From an uncultured Candidatus Saccharibacteria bacterium (GTDB lineage: Bacteria; Patescibacteriota; Minisyncoccia; Phycocordibacterales; UBA2100), in assembly GCA_964648335.1 (NCBI GenBank), contig CAZYLZ010000001.1:93449-157448 (forward strand): a stretch of 64,000 bases of DNA. The letters are read 5' to 3'. Each line of letters begins with the position of its first letter. The first letter of the stretch is position 1. A program made the position numbers and the translations under genes. Positions 48,029 to 57,279 of this stretch are shown piece after piece. The notes beneath the pieces were generated by a model that had not been told where the DNA came from, did not search any database, and worked only from the letters and a program-made list of their open reading frames with translations.

Positions 48029-49422
48029 GCCCGAATACTATGACGAGAGTGCCCTCCAGACTAGTTGCAGTAGCACTTCTTTCCACACTGGTGTTTCTGT
48101 CGCCACATGGTGCGGGAGCACAGACCGAGACAGCTCTTTCGGTTTCGGTGACACCGCCACTATTCCAGTTGACGATCGGTCCTGGAGAGTTCTGGGCGAG
48201 TTCGATAAAGATAGTCAATAGCAATCCGTACGATGTCACCTACTACACGACACTGGCGGACTTCGAAGCCCGCGGCGAAGGGGGGCAATCGAAATTCATC
48301 CCGCTTCTCAATGAAGTAAACGATCCTACGAGACAGACATTTTCGCTCGCGAGCTGGCTTACCCTTTCGCCCGAGCCCGTCTTCGTGAAGGCTGGGCAGA
48401 GTGGCACGGTCCCGTTCTCGATTCGTATCCCTGAAAACGCTGAGCCGGGCGGACACTACGCAGCGATACTTGTCGGTACAGAGCCCCCGCCGGATACTGA
48501 GAAGGGCGCACAAGTGAAGGTCTCGAGCTTTGTCTCGTCACTCCTTTTCGTAAAGGTAAAAGGTGAGATTAACGAGAGTGGTCGGATCCGCGAGTTCAGA
48601 ACGGAGCAACAGCTCTATGATTCTCCGAAAGCCGATTTTATGCTGCGCTTCGAGAATACGGGCAACACCCACCTCAAACCGCAGGGAAATATCGTGATCT
48701 ACAACATGTGGGGCAAGCCGCGCGGCATGGTCGAGATTAACCAGAACAACAATTTCGGAAACGTTCTGCCCAAAAGCATCCGCAAGTTCGAGTTCTCATG
48801 GGACGGCGAGGCTAATCCTTTTGAAATCGGCCGCTATAGCGCTGTTGTGACGCTCGCTTTTGGCGAAGATAATAAGCAAAACATATCCGCCACGAACTAC
48901 TTCTGGGTCATTCCGGTCGTACCGGTGTCTATTGCGCTTGGTCTCGTAGTCATCTTCGTCATACTGATTCTCTTGTTCGTACGACGCTATATCCGCCGTG
49001 CGCTTGCTATCGAGCAGGCCATGAGCCTGCAACGAGGGCCGGTACGCGAGTCACGTCCGTCTCCACGCGTCATAGAAACGCTCATGGAACCGATCAGAGA
49101 GGGAATCATAGACCTTCGTAAGGTCGGTATTCGCGAGGAGCAGCGGCATCCGCGACCGGTTTCGGTGGCGCTACTTAAAAGTGCAAAGACCGACGTGCGA
49201 GTGCCTCGCTACGTCGAAGAAGCCCCCGAAGAGACCGAGACGATGACCCTCTTGGAATTCATAGTCGAATACAAGGCCTTCGTAGGATTCGTAGTCCTCT
49301 TGATGGTCGCATCACTCGTCGTCTGGGGCTATTTCCATCGCGTGCTTACGCCGAACCGCACCTACCAGATAACCGGAGTAGTCACTCACGATGAGGATCC
49401 AGATGTGGATTCACGCAAATGA
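48025..49422 (+). CDS. CscA-like (DUF916/DUF3324-like) surface protein with C-terminal TM anchor(s)
   Basis: ATGA overlap with the upstream gene; signal peptide ..PHGAGAQTE; SWLTLSPEPVFVKAGQSGTVPFSIRIPENAEPGGHYAAILVG; TM VSIALGLVVIFVILILLFV followed by RRYIRR. Confidence 0.55.
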   Translation: MSPNTMTRVPSRLVAVALLSTLVFLSPHGAGAQTETALSVSVTPPLFQLTIGPGEFWASSIKIVNSNPYDVTYYTTLADFEARGEGGQSKFIPLLNEVNDPTRQTFSLASWLTLSPEPVFVKAGQSGTVPFSIRIPENAEPGGHYAAILVGTEPPPDTEKGAQVKVSSFVSSLLFVKVKGEINESGRIREFRTEQQLYDSPKADFMLRFENTGNTHLKPQGNIVIYNMWGKPRGMVEINQNNNFGNVLPKSIRKFEFSWDGEANPFEIGRYSAVVTLAFGEDNKQNISATNYFWVIPVVPVSIALGLVVIFVILILLFVRRYIRRALAIEQAMSLQRGPVRESRPSPRVIETLMEPIREGIIDLRKVGIREEQRHPRPVSVALLKSAKTDVRVPRYVEEAPEETETMTLLEFIVEYKAFVGFVVLLMVASLVVWGYFHRVLTPNRTYQITGVVTHDEDPDVDSRK

Positions 49423-49650
49423 TGAATAGGGAGTGAAGTAGTGCGTATGTGTATAAAACCAAGGGAATCAAAGATAAAATACGCCGTTATCCACACCGGT
49501 CAGAGTGATTTTCACCATACTCTACTATACTTGTCTTGTAAGGAGTGATGTGCGTCCCTCCTCATTAGTGGCACTAGCGATTGATAGATACCAACATATT
49601 CCAACGTAGTCATTTAGAAGAAAGTTAATCAACGTTATTCACGACCACTT

Positions 49651-50793
49651 ATGAATCTTGCAATGAGCCGCACCTCTTTCCTCGCCGGAGTCCCAGCGAA
49701 GATCTCGGCACTTCTCGTCCTGACTACGCTCATGTGGGCAACGGGATTCCCTTCGCTCATTCCATTCGCACGAGCAGCCGCGATAACGTCTTTCAGTGAC
49801 ACCATCACGAACTCCGATTTGGGAGTTGCCACCGACCACTACTTCAGATTCACGACGACGGCGTCACTCGATGCCGACGACACCATAGAAATCGATTTCG
49901 ATCCAACCGGAGCGCTGTTCACGATAGCAGGACTCGTGGCTGCTGATTTTACGAACGAATCGGGTATCGATATCGTCGCAGCATGTGGCGGAGGTGGTAA
50001 TGAAGCTACTGTCTCGGCAACCGGCGACAAGATCACTCTTACCGTCTGTACGGGTGACGCTGTTACAGCCGGCGCCATAACGTTCAAGATCAATAACACG
50101 CGCATCACGAGCCCGGGAGTAGCATCGTCTTACGTCATCCGACTCGTCACGACGAACGACGGATCTGCTATTCGTGACCGAGGCGACACGCGCATCGCCA
50201 TCCTCGACAACGTCGTCGTTACCGCATCGGTGGACACCATCTTCACCTTCACGGTATCGAGCGTCGCAGAAAACCTGGCCGTCAACGGCGATGCAACCAA
50301 TACCGCGACCACGACCACCGCTACATCGATCCCATTCGGTACACTCTTGCCGGGAGTTCCTAAGGTAGCCGCACAAACTCTCTCGGTGGCGACAAACGCA
50401 CGCAACGGCTTTACTGTGACCGTCGTCGAAGATCAAAACCTTACATCGCAAACCGGTGCAGACATCGACCTCTTCATCGACGGTGCTACCACATCCGTGC
50501 CAGTGGCATGGCAGTCACCGGCCAGTACGCTCGATTCGGAAAATACATACGGTCACATCGGCGTCACTACCGAAGATGCGACACTGAGCGATGGAGACTC
50601 CTTCGGAGTCGCGCTCTATGCCGGTAATATCGATGCGCCACGCGAGGTCTTCTATCATACGGGTCCTGCCGATGGGACGACAGCCAACAAAGGACGGACA
50701 CGAGTTGCTTACAAAGTCGAGATCGGATCCTTGCAGGAAGCAGGTAACGACTACACCAACACCCTAACCTACGTTGCGACACCGATATTCTAG
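49651..50793 (+). CDS. secreted protein with a C-terminal WxL-like domain (candidate CscB/C-like)
   Basis: Signal peptide ..IPFARAAA; TSIPFGTLLPG..AAQTLSVATNARNGFTVTVV..GADI..VPVAWQSPAS.. ends ..YTNTLTYVATPIF (compare the WxL terminal motif Y.G.LTW.L..AP). Confidence 0.5.
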   Translation: MNLAMSRTSFLAGVPAKISALLVLTTLMWATGFPSLIPFARAAAITSFSDTITNSDLGVATDHYFRFTTTASLDADDTIEIDFDPTGALFTIAGLVAADFTNESGIDIVAACGGGGNEATVSATGDKITLTVCTGDAVTAGAITFKINNTRITSPGVASSYVIRLVTTNDGSAIRDRGDTRIAILDNVVVTASVDTIFTFTVSSVAENLAVNGDATNTATTTTATSIPFGTLLPGVPKVAAQTLSVATNARNGFTVTVVEDQNLTSQTGADIDLFIDGATTSVPVAWQSPASTLDSENTYGHIGVTTEDATLSDGDSFGVALYAGNIDAPREVFYHTGPADGTTANKGRTRVAYKVEIGSLQEAGNDYTNTLTYVATPIF

Positions 50794-50808
50794 TGGCCTA
50801 GTCAAGCA

Positions 50809-50837
50809 AAAGCCGTCCACTGGACGGCTTTTGTCTT
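50809..50837 (+). terminator. rho-independent terminator after the WxL-like gene
   Basis: aagccgtcca/tggacggctt perfect inverted repeat followed by TTGTCTT. Confidence 0.7.
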
Positions 50838-50865
50838 AATGCCGAGAGCCCCTAGGTATGCTAGT

Positions 50866-51972
50866 ATGAAGAGACATTTTATAGACAAAAGCACTATGCA
50901 ACATCGCTTCACTTCAGCCGTTTTTGGCGCACTGTTCTTGGCGAGCGGACTGTTCCTGATCCCATTGATTGCAAGTGCACAGGCTACTGAGGGCGTCCAG
51001 ATCAAGCCGGCAATAGTCGAGGATAAGGCGAAGCCCGGAGATACCTTTCAATTTACTCTCACGGTCACAAATATCGCACCCGTCGCTAAGACGTTCTACC
51101 TGAGCGCCCAAGACATCAAGAGTGTCGATGAGCAGGGGATACCGGTATTCTCGAGCGACGACCAGGTGACGCAATATTCGCTGAGTACCTGGATAGCACT
51201 GCCGCAATCTTCGATACAGCTCGCTGCTGGGGAAGCGAAGACTATTCCGTTTACGGTCCATGTGCCGGCGGGTGCCGGGCCCGGATCTCACTACGGCGGC
51301 GTGTTTCTTGATGCACGCCCTCCAAAAGAACAAGCAACCGGCGCTGCTGTGGGTATGAAAGTCGGATCGATCGTAAGTATCAGGATTGCCGGTGACATCG
51401 CGGAGGAAGCGCGACTGCGGGAATTCTCTACCGACAAACTTATTTATGGAGAGCCTACTGTTGCGTTCCATTCTAAGGTAGAAAACCTCGGAAACGTATT
51501 GGTTCGACCCCTCGGACTCATCGAAGTGACGAATATGTTCGGCAAAAAGATCGCAACGATGCGCGTTAACGACAGTGGCGCTTCGGTCTTTCCGACGCAG
51601 GAGCGGGTCTACACCAATGACTGGGCATACGAGGACTTCGCCTTCGGCCGTTATCAGGCGGTCGTGAGTCTGGTATACGGTGACGAGGCGCGCAAGACCA
51701 TATCGGGAACGACGTCATTCTGGGTGCTGCCATTCAAGCCAATTATGATAATCCTCGGTTCGGTCTTGGGTGTCGCACTCGTGTTGTTCTTCCTCATTCG
51801 TTCGTACATCATGCGTAAGCTTCGGCAGATGGGCGTGTCTCCTAAGAATCAGGCCGTAGGCTCGTACAATAAGGGGTATCAGCGGTCGGCGTCGCGGCTC
51901 CTCTTTACTATCGTCGGGATCGTATTCTTTACGGCACTCTTCATCTTCGTGCTCTTCCTCATGTTCGCTTAG
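50866..51972 (+). CDS. CscA-like (DUF916/DUF3324-like) surface protein with C-terminal TM anchor(s)
   Basis: Start taken at MKRHF (50866; the longer call is 50839); signal peptide ..LIPLIASAQA; TWIALPQSSIQLAAGEAKTIPFTVHVPAGAGPGSHYGGVFLD; TM IMIILGSVLGVALVLFFLI followed by RSYIMRK. Confidence 0.55.
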   Translation: MKRHFIDKSTMQHRFTSAVFGALFLASGLFLIPLIASAQATEGVQIKPAIVEDKAKPGDTFQFTLTVTNIAPVAKTFYLSAQDIKSVDEQGIPVFSSDDQVTQYSLSTWIALPQSSIQLAAGEAKTIPFTVHVPAGAGPGSHYGGVFLDARPPKEQATGAAVGMKVGSIVSIRIAGDIAEEARLREFSTDKLIYGEPTVAFHSKVENLGNVLVRPLGLIEVTNMFGKKIATMRVNDSGASVFPTQERVYTNDWAYEDFAFGRYQAVVSLVYGDEARKTISGTTSFWVLPFKPIMIILGSVLGVALVLFFLIRSYIMRKLRQMGVSPKNQAVGSYNKGYQRSASRLLFTIVGIVFFTALFIFVLFLMFA

Positions 51973-51990
51973 AGGTACATTGGCAACGGT

Positions 51991-52413
51991 ATGAACAGCG
52001 GTACTATCAGGTCGACAGTGAGCAAAGGCGCCCTGATAGTGGCCGTGACTTTGCTTGCGTACGCTCTTTATTCGACACCGCTCGACAGGTTAAGTTCGCT
52101 CGCCTTGGAGACTGTTGCAAGCGCGACAGTCTCGATGAGTGCTGGCGTCCCTCCTAATCCGTACAACACTGCGGCCGAGCAGCTGAGCGCGAAAGAGGCA
52201 GAGCTTGTCGCTCGCGAGAACCGACTCACGATGCGCGGGTCGATGCCATCGAACCCGGCTGGCCACGATACATTTGCGGTCTACAGCCTTCTGGTCAGTA
52301 TCGCCCTTTTTATACTCGTCGCGATCAACTTCTTTTTTGACTGGAAGAGGGGGAGACAAGGGGTCCCAGCGTCTGCACCGTATCTTTCGCTCGATTTGCG
52401 CCGACGACAGTAA
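51991..52413 (+). CDS. hypothetical membrane protein (two TM helices)
   Basis: LIVAVTLLAYALY and YSLLVSIALFILVAINFFF. Confidence 0.5.
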   Translation: MNSGTIRSTVSKGALIVAVTLLAYALYSTPLDRLSSLALETVASATVSMSAGVPPNPYNTAAEQLSAKEAELVARENRLTMRGSMPSNPAGHDTFAVYSLLVSIALFILVAINFFFDWKRGRQGVPASAPYLSLDLRRRQ

Positions 52414-52457
52414 TGCCAGAGCCAGCACGTACTATATAATTATGATCGACGACGCGT

Positions 52458-54182
52458 ATGCGTCCGGTAATCATGCATAAGTTCGCAGTACTCTTCTCGT
52501 TTCTTTTTTTTCTCATGCCTGCTGTCGTGCAAGGCGGTACCCTTACATTCGTTACCGATCTCATATCGACCTCGATGCCGTCGGCAACGACCACAACGCA
52601 CACCATTCGCTTCACTGCGACGCATGCGATACCGGCTTCTGGCACTATCGTCATCACTCCCCAGGCGGGCGGGTTCACTATTCCGGCGGATTTCGATGTA
52701 AACGATGTCGATTTCCTCGTAAACTCGACGGGCTCGTACGTGGACCGTACTATCGATACGGTCGCCGATGTCACCACCGACGGAGTCACTATCGTCTCGG
52801 GTACCTCCGGTTCTATCAATATAAAGCTCTCGTCTGGAGCCGGCATACAACAAGGTGACAGAATCATGATCCTTCTGGGTACCAACGCGGTCTCACAAGC
52901 ACAGGGAATCCATTCGATAACGAATCCGTCGACACCTGCATCCTACCGAATACGCATCGATACCCTCGATCAGAGCGATGCTCCGATGGACAGTGCGAGC
53001 GCCATGGTAGCGATTGTGCGCCAAGTCACGATCCTTATCCGTCCCGAGGCTGTCGCTCCGCTTCGCTTTGCAGGGCTTCCATCTGGATCTATCCCATCGC
53101 GCTCGAGTAGTATCGAGATATCTCTCCAGACAGATCAGCGCGCTACCTGCCGGTATTCGACCACGCCCAACACGATCTATTCCGCGATGACGGGAACGTT
53201 CAATGCCATGTCGGGTAACTTGTCTTTTTACAAAGTGATCACCGGACACCAAGACGGTACCTCGTACACATACTACGTCCGTTGCTTCAGTCTCCAAGGT
53301 GCAGAAAACACCGACGACTACGAGATTACATTTAACTTGCGACCGACCGAGACTATTCCGACACCGGGCGTGGAAGGCAGCACCGCTCCCATAGGATCGT
53401 CGGGACATGGCGGCGTGGGGCCGTTTCCTGACGGAAGCGATCTTTTGTATCGCTCGACCGTCACGGTATCGGGCTGGGCGCCGCCTCTGAGCACCGTTTA
53501 CGTACTTATGGATAGCAAGCAGATCAAAGAGACACAGGCGCAATCCGACGGAAGCTTTAGCGCTAAGGCCGACAGCCTCGAGCGCGGCACGTATACGTTT
53601 ACTGCATATGCGATGGACCCGCAGGGCAGGAAGACCGCGCCACATTCAGAAACGCTCGATGTCTCTGCAGCGACGAACAACTACATCTCAGATATCGTGC
53701 TCTCCCCGACGATCTCGCTCCTCGACGACACGATAAACCCTGGCGAGGACGCCCGTCTTGCGGGCGAGGCGGTACCGGGGAGTACCATCGAGATCATGCT
53801 CATCGCTAAGAGTAAATCGAACGAGATACCAGTGACCAAGACCTATGTCGCGAGCACGACACGCCCCTCGTCCGGGTCGTGGACCTTCACCATACCTGCG
53901 CTGGACACGCAGCGGGGGACCTATTTCATAAAGGCTCGCGCCACGCATGTGAATGACAGCGAAAGCGAATACAGCAAACCGATATCGCTCGGAGTCGGAG
54001 AGCAGGCAAGCGGAGATCTCTCGAACCGTTCTGACATCAATAAAGATGGCAAGGTCAATCTCGTCGACTTCTCGATACTGCTCTCGGCATGGGGAGAGAC
54101 CGAGGGGGACGCCGACATCAACGAAGATGGGCGGATAAACCTGGCCGACGTGAGTATCCTTCTCTTTAACTGGACGGGTTAG
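52458..54182 (+). CDS. secreted dockerin-tailed protein with Ig-like domains
   Basis: Signal peptide ..FLMPAVVQG; Ig-like unit with SDGSFSAKADSLERGTYTFTAYAMD; C-terminal DINKDGKVNLVDFSILLSAWGE..DINEDGRINLADVSILLFNWTG (dockerin repeats). Confidence 0.7.
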   Translation: MRPVIMHKFAVLFSFLFFLMPAVVQGGTLTFVTDLISTSMPSATTTTHTIRFTATHAIPASGTIVITPQAGGFTIPADFDVNDVDFLVNSTGSYVDRTIDTVADVTTDGVTIVSGTSGSINIKLSSGAGIQQGDRIMILLGTNAVSQAQGIHSITNPSTPASYRIRIDTLDQSDAPMDSASAMVAIVRQVTILIRPEAVAPLRFAGLPSGSIPSRSSSIEISLQTDQRATCRYSTTPNTIYSAMTGTFNAMSGNLSFYKVITGHQDGTSYTYYVRCFSLQGAENTDDYEITFNLRPTETIPTPGVEGSTAPIGSSGHGGVGPFPDGSDLLYRSTVTVSGWAPPLSTVYVLMDSKQIKETQAQSDGSFSAKADSLERGTYTFTAYAMDPQGRKTAPHSETLDVSAATNNYISDIVLSPTISLLDDTINPGEDARLAGEAVPGSTIEIMLIAKSKSNEIPVTKTYVASTTRPSSGSWTFTIPALDTQRGTYFIKARATHVNDSESEYSKPISLGVGEQASGDLSNRSDINKDGKVNLVDFSILLSAWGETEGDADINEDGRINLADVSILLFNWTG

Positions 54183-54200
54183 CCGTGTCATACTACCCAT

Positions 54201-54728
54201 ATGCCCAACCAGAAGATGTTGTATATCGGTGTCGCCGCCATGGCAGGTATCTTGGTAGTAGCGACGTGTGTCGTGCTTTTCGTAAACCGAAACAAGAAAC
54301 CGGTCGAGACCATCAAGAAGGAATATGCCCTGGTATTTCAGGATTACGCAGGCAACGACGTGCGCTTCGCCGACTTCAAGAAGAAACCCTTGGTGGTGTT
54401 CATGTGGGCCTCGTGGTGTCCGTACTGCTCGGACGAGATAGCGAACCTGGCCAAGCTCAAGAGTATCTTTGGCGAGGACGTGAATACGGTCGCGGTCAAT
54501 CGAGGAGAGCCTGGACCGGTAGCACAAGAATTCTCCAGAAAGATCGCAGGAACGGACGGTATAGTATTCTTGCTCGATCCGGAGGATGCTTTGTATAAGA
54601 GTATCGGCGGATACGCGATGCCCGAGACCATCTTCATCGATCCGGGAGGAGAAGTAGTCTACCATCAGCGGGGCCCGCTTCCTTTGAAAGAAGCCAGTCA
54701 GAAGCTCAATGAGCTCCTCGGTCGCTAA
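54201..54728 (+). CDS. membrane-anchored thiol-disulfide oxidoreductase of the TlpA/ResA type (thioredoxin fold, WCPYC)
   Basis: N-terminal TM; FMWASWCPYCSDEIANL with a CxxC active site. Confidence 0.85.
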   Translation: MPNQKMLYIGVAAMAGILVVATCVVLFVNRNKKPVETIKKEYALVFQDYAGNDVRFADFKKKPLVVFMWASWCPYCSDEIANLAKLKSIFGEDVNTVAVNRGEPGPVAQEFSRKIAGTDGIVFLLDPEDALYKSIGGYAMPETIFIDPGGEVVYHQRGPLPLKEASQKLNELLGR

Positions 54729-54781
54729 AACATTGTAAGCGGCGGCCAATTGAGTATAGTTACATTCTAACCCACCTATTT

Positions 54782-55669
54782 ATGGCAACCCTTTATACTC
54801 TCCAATCGACGAATGTCCGCAAGACGTGGGCTCTGATGAGCGCATTCCTGGCTATCGTGATCGCTGTCGGCTACGCGGTCAGTAGTTACTATGGCAATCC
54901 GGGTATCCTGTACATCGCGATTGCCCTTTCGCTTGGGACCAATATCTTTGCATACTGGAACTCGGACAAGGTAGCTATAGCGTCGGCAGGGGCCAAGGCA
55001 ACAACACGTGACGAGTATCCCGAACTCTATCGCATCGTCGAGAATCTCTCGATTACCGCAGGGCTGCCGATGCCGCGTGTCTATGTGATAGAGGATCCTG
55101 CGCCGAACGCGTTTGCTACGGGACGCGACAAAGAACACGCAGCCCTGGCTGTTACCACAGGACTCTTGGGAATGCTCACCAAGCCCGAGCTCGAAGGTGT
55201 TATAGCGCACGAGCTCGCGCACGTTGGGAACCGGGACATTCTGGTGATGACGGTAGCAGTGGTGCTCGTCGGGTTCATTGCTGCTTTGTCAGATGTCTTT
55301 ATGCGCATGTCGTTTTTTGGGGGTCGCGATAGCGACAACAAGAATCCGCTTGCATTGGTGGGGGTCATTGTCGCTGTTATCGTAGCTCCAATCGCAGCGC
55401 AACTTATGCAGCTCGCTATCTCGCGACGACGCGAATTCTTGGCTGATACTTCGGGTGCGCTTTTGACACGCTATCCGGACGGACTTGCCATGGCGCTCGC
55501 CAAGATCGGCTCGTACGGGGCACCTATGCAGCGAGCCAGTTCCGCGACGGCGCATCTCTTCATATCAAATCCTTTCGGGGCACATCCGGCCGGCCGATTT
55601 GTCGCGCGGCTCTTTTCCACGCACCCTCCGATTGAAGATCGCATAGCAGCGCTTCATGCGATGCGTTAG
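54782..55669 (+). CDS. htpX: HtpX-type M48 zinc metalloprotease
   Basis: Two N-terminal TM helices, HELAHVGNRD (HExxH), two further TM helices, C-terminal ..FSTHPPIEDRI. Confidence 0.85.
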   Translation: MATLYTLQSTNVRKTWALMSAFLAIVIAVGYAVSSYYGNPGILYIAIALSLGTNIFAYWNSDKVAIASAGAKATTRDEYPELYRIVENLSITAGLPMPRVYVIEDPAPNAFATGRDKEHAALAVTTGLLGMLTKPELEGVIAHELAHVGNRDILVMTVAVVLVGFIAALSDVFMRMSFFGGRDSDNKNPLALVGVIVAVIVAPIAAQLMQLAISRRREFLADTSGALLTRYPDGLAMALAKIGSYGAPMQRASSATAHLFISNPFGAHPAGRFVARLFSTHPPIEDRIAALHAMR

Positions 55670-55672
55670 ACC

Positions 55673-56428
55673 ATGCCTGCCTACGAGATTGTGGCACTTA
55701 CCCTCGCAGCGCTTTTGGCGCTATTTCTGGTGCTGCGACGCCCGTCAAACATGCGCGCATGGTCGCGCGACCAGGTATTGTTGCCAAGCGCCGACTTTGC
55801 CGAGGGAGAAACCGTACGTATCAAGAATGTCCGTAACATCGCGTATCGCACCGGAGAGGACTACGACCTGCGATATTACGATACAGCGTTCGTACTCGAC
55901 GACATCGAGTCGGTGAGTTTTATGGTTGCACCCTTCGGTCCGCCCGGCGCTGCGCACACGTTCTTGCTCTTCAACTTCAAGCACGATCGCGCAATCGCCC
56001 TTTCGATCGAGATACGCAAGAAGGCTCGGCAGCACTTTAGGCCAATTTTTGCGCTTTTGCCGCGGTATTACGAGATCATGTACGTCTGGGCAGACGAGCG
56101 CGACGTCGTGAATCTGCGCACGCACATATGGAAGTACAAGACCTACAAGATAAAGCTCCTTGTCTCGCACGAGTCACTCAAAAAGCTCTTTGTCGGAGCA
56201 CTGAGGCGCACCAACACGATGGCGAGCCAGCCCGAGTTTTACAATCTGTTCACAAACAACTGTACCAACAACCTTGTTAACCACATGCGTGAGGCAGGAG
56301 TAACTTTGCCACGCTTTAGCTGGCGCTATGTCTTTCCGGCAGCTATCGAGCGTGTCTTGGCTCGCAAAGGCCTCGTGCTCAAGAGCGAGACTTCGACCAC
56401 CCTCGAGGAACCTTTTGCGACTCGTTGA
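55673..56428 (+). CDS. DUF4105-like membrane-anchored protein
   Basis: N-terminal TM; the FYNLFTNNCTNN motif is recalled as typical of the DUF4105 family; not verified by search. Confidence 0.5.
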   Translation: MPAYEIVALTLAALLALFLVLRRPSNMRAWSRDQVLLPSADFAEGETVRIKNVRNIAYRTGEDYDLRYYDTAFVLDDIESVSFMVAPFGPPGAAHTFLLFNFKHDRAIALSIEIRKKARQHFRPIFALLPRYYEIMYVWADERDVVNLRTHIWKYKTYKIKLLVSHESLKKLFVGALRRTNTMASQPEFYNLFTNNCTNNLVNHMREAGVTLPRFSWRYVFPAAIERVLARKGLVLKSETSTTLEEPFATR

Positions 56429-56468
56429 CAATCAACTTAGACTATTGCATTGTTGGTCTCGGTTAGCA

Positions 56469-56474
56469 AAGGAG
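56469..56474 (+). promoter_or_regulatory. Shine-Dalgarno AAGGAG 6 nt upstream of the HD gene ATG
   Basis: aaggag tgacgc ATG. Confidence 0.6.
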
Positions 56475-56480
56475 TGACGC

Positions 56481-57155
56481 ATGACCGTACTCACCAAGAC
56501 GCGCGGAGGCATCCCTGCCTTAGTGCGCAATGACGAGCAACTCTATAGCGGAAACCTTGTCGAGTATTTTCGGGCGCTGTTTTACGACGCGAAGAATCTC
56601 GACCTTCCGTATCACAACTTCCGGCACATGCTGCATGTGACGTGGCTGTGCCACGAAGCCTGCCGGTTCTACCAGCACGAGCTGAGTATGAGAAAGCGCC
56701 GCGATCTTCTAATAGCTGCGCTCTTTCACGACTTTGATCACTCGGGCATGTCGGGGAACGATGCTCTCAACATCCGGCGTGCGATAGAAGGCTTTAGGGC
56801 GCATGTGCAGCCTGAAGACCGCCATAGGATGGCATATATCGTGCGTCTTATCGGTGCGACGGAGTATCCGCACACGGTGCCGTCGCACGAGCTCGATCTC
56901 TCGTCCTTGATCATCCGCGACGCAGACCTGAGCCAGTCTATGAGCGTGGCGTGGATCCAGCATGTCATCTTTGGCCTGGCCCGAGAGTGGGGCAAGAAGC
57001 CCATCGAGGTATTGCGCGGGCAAGAAGCCTTCATGTCGAAGCTCGAGTTCCATACCGAGTGGGCACAGAAGATGTTTCCGCCGGCCGAACTGAGAGCCAA
57101 GATCGAAGAGACCCGCGAGCTCTTGGAGCTCCTCGAAAAGCGCGAGAGACAGTAG
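56481..57155 (+). CDS. HD-domain metal-dependent phosphohydrolase
   Basis: H..H...HD signature: YHNFRHMLHV ... ALFHDFDHSG ... IIRDADL. Confidence 0.85.
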   Translation: MTVLTKTRGGIPALVRNDEQLYSGNLVEYFRALFYDAKNLDLPYHNFRHMLHVTWLCHEACRFYQHELSMRKRRDLLIAALFHDFDHSGMSGNDALNIRRAIEGFRAHVQPEDRHRMAYIVRLIGATEYPHTVPSHELDLSSLIIRDADLSQSMSVAWIQHVIFGLAREWGKKPIEVLRGQEAFMSKLEFHTEWAQKMFPPAELRAKIEETRELLELLEKRERQ

Positions 57156-57166
57156 CACGAACAATA

Positions 57167-57201
57167 CCCACCGAGGCCAAGCCTTGGTGGGTATTTTTTT
57201 T
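57167..57201 (+). terminator. rho-independent terminator after the HD gene
   Basis: cccaccgaggc-caa-gccttggtggg (11-bp stem with one G-U pair) followed by TATTTTTTTT. Confidence 0.8.
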
Positions 57202-57268
57202 GCCTTGCTGTTTTTGCCTAGATTGGGTACTCTCTCGGGGGACTCACAACGAATCTAACCATCTGTAC

Positions 57269-57273
57269 AGGAG
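57269..57273 (+). promoter_or_regulatory. Shine-Dalgarno AGGAG 6 nt upstream of the ATG at 57280
   Basis: caggag actcga ATG. Confidence 0.55.
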
Positions 57274-57279
57274 ACTCGA

